Positions 63,091-64,000 of a DNA stretch of 64,000 nucleotides are shown piece by piece. The translations under genes and the position numbers were made by a program. The notes beneath the pieces were generated by a model, which had not been told where the DNA came from, did no database searches, and saw nothing but the letters and a program-made list of their open reading frames with translations. The first letter of the stretch is position 1. Every line of letters starts with the position of its first letter. This stretch comes from Mobula birostris (lineage: Eukaryota), in NCBI RefSeq assembly GCF_030028105.1, contig NC_092399.1, positions 24,572,881 to 24,636,880 of the forward strand, read 5' to 3'.

Positions 63091-63690
63091 TCAAATAAGT
63101 GTTTCTTTGAGCATTTCAAAACTGAACAGTGTTCCTTCTTTCATTATATTGCAAATAGCTGTTATTCCTTTAGCTGCCCATTCCTTAAATCTAGCATCTA
63201 GTTTGTTCGGCGTAAAATCTGAGTCATGTGCACACCATTTAAAAATTGCAATGTCTTTCCCTAGTTTATATTCTTTTATAATAGTTTTCCATATTTCAAG
63301 AGTCCATTTCACCCATGGGTTATCAATAGTATTTATGTAATTTTGTAGGTTGTTATCAGCCAAAATTGCCTGTATGGGGATGGAAAGTATCCTCTCCTCA
63401 ATGTTTTTCCATTGAGCGTCATATGATGGATTGCACCAGCACATCACAGCTCTCAACTGTGCTACAAGACAGTAATCTCTAAGAGAAGGTAGGCCCCATC
63501 CCCCCTTTTCCTTGGCTAATTGCAAAGCTTTGAGATGAATTCTAGGCCTTTTACCTTGCCATATATATCTTGATAGCATCTTGTTCCATTCATTGAATTG
63601 ATTTTGGTTAATCTCTATTGCTAGGTTCTGAAAGAGATATAGTAGTCTGGGCAGTATATTCATTTTAATAGATTCAATCCTTGAATGAGA
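63091..63690 (-). mobile_element. L1-clade LINE ORF2 fragment (post-RT region)
   Basis: SRIESIKMNILPRLLYLFQNL...RYIWQGKRPRI...KEKGGWGLPSLRDY. Confidence 0.85.
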
Positions 63691-64000
63691 CCAAGAAAAG
63701 GAATTAGGTTCCATCTTGTTATAAATTGTTTGATGATGAACTTCAGTAAAAAATAAATTACAAAAAAAAAGGTCAAAGTCAGTCAATGTGTAAGGGTACA
63801 CACCTTTGCTTTTAAGGTCTGCCCTACACTTCTTTTATCTGAAAGGACAGAGTTTCTATGAGTTCTTTATATATACACTGTACAATATGATAATTCCTTG
63901 ATTTAAAGAGCCAATTGAAATAATACTCCAGATTCAGAGTTAACTAACTCTTGAATTAATTATTTTTAAAAAGTTGTGTACTTTTTAACTTGCTATATCA

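Overview
This is repeat-dense vertebrate genomic DNA. The repeat content (V-SINE/HE1-like and Deu-type SINEs, CR1 LINEs with esterase ORF1, Penelope elements, Rex1, Hero, R4/Dong, L1, Tigger, hAT, Gypsy LTRs) points to a cartilaginous fish, probably a ray. I can support no intact host gene, only weak orphan splice-site and promoter signals; most ORFs in the track are transposon debris. The standout is a 2.1-kb non-autonomous Gypsy-type LTR element (22940-25074, minus strand) with paired LTRs, a 5-bp TSD, a tRNA-Leu PBS and a PPT. Its pol gene is almost entirely replaced by three host-gene fragments that I recognise as RABEP1, SH3KBP1/CIN85 and SLU7. These are fused in one open frame that is also in frame with gag. 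Other points of interest are minimal hammerhead ribozymes in Penelope terminal repeats (including tiny TSD-flanked ribozyme-only inserts), repeated Penelope-in-Penelope nesting, several local inverted rearrangements, and an unclassified old 600-bp duplicate. Protein identities come from recall, not database searches. Boundaries of degraded repeats are approximate.
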